The translations under genes were made by a program, and so were the position numbers. Of a DNA stretch of 64,000 nt, positions 63,812-64,000 are shown piece by piece; position 1 is the stretch's first letter; the number at the start of each line of letters is the position of its first letter. The stretch comes from Octopus bimaculoides. Taxonomy: Eukaryota. The stretch covers positions 106,668,820 to 106,732,819 of the forward strand of contig NC_068981.1 in NCBI RefSeq assembly GCF_001194135.2, read 5' to 3'. Below the pieces are notes generated by a model that searched no databases, had not been told where the DNA came from, and worked only from the letters and a program-made list of their open reading frames with translations.

Positions 63812-64000
63812 ATCATCATCATCATCGTTTAACGTCCGCTTTCCATGCTAGCATGGGTTGGACGATTTGACTGAGGACTGGTGAAACCGGATGGCAACAC
63901 CAGGCTCCAGTCTAATTTGGCAGACAGCTGGATGCCCTTCCTAACGCCAACCACTCAGAGAGTGTAGTGGGTGCTTTTACGTGTCACCCGCACGAAAACG
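63812..64000 (-). mobile_element. young RTE 3' tail (family C), continues beyond the window
   Basis: Near-identical to the reverse complement of 17345-17546. Confidence 0.9.

Noticed and set aside
1-64000. Conserved bilaterian/lophotrochozoan miRNAs, snoRNAs, snRNAs
   Set aside because: I saw no full match to mature sequences I remember. This was a by-eye check only; Infernal/MirMachine would be decisive.

Overview
AT-rich eukaryotic DNA with six N-gaps and many microsatellites. The SINE and RTE repeat families are ones I recall from Octopus (probably O. bimaculoides); this is an inference, not a search result. There is no intact gene, true tRNA/rRNA gene or CRISPR array. The window looks like a long intron or intergenic tract filled with tRNA-headed SINEs, 5'-truncated RTE LINE 3' ends, TTAA/piggyBac-type MITEs, a hAT MITE, Tc1/mariner remnants, a Helentron-like element, a HERO-like (REL endonuclease) LINE tail and Penelope-like repeats. 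A few + strand splice-site pairs may be small exons of an unidentified gene (best: 6131-6235); these are low confidence. Most unusual: a perfect 83-bp fold-back palindrome (46266-46452), a mariner derivative built from two inverted 5' ends, hammerhead-ribozyme-like cores in Penelope-like repeats, a TSD-less Helentron-like element with two 3' termini splitting a MITE, a 15-bp hairpin masking tandem splice donors, and several nested insertions. No new biological system can be established from sequence alone. All coordinates were counted by eye; boundaries of old, degenerate repeats are approximate.
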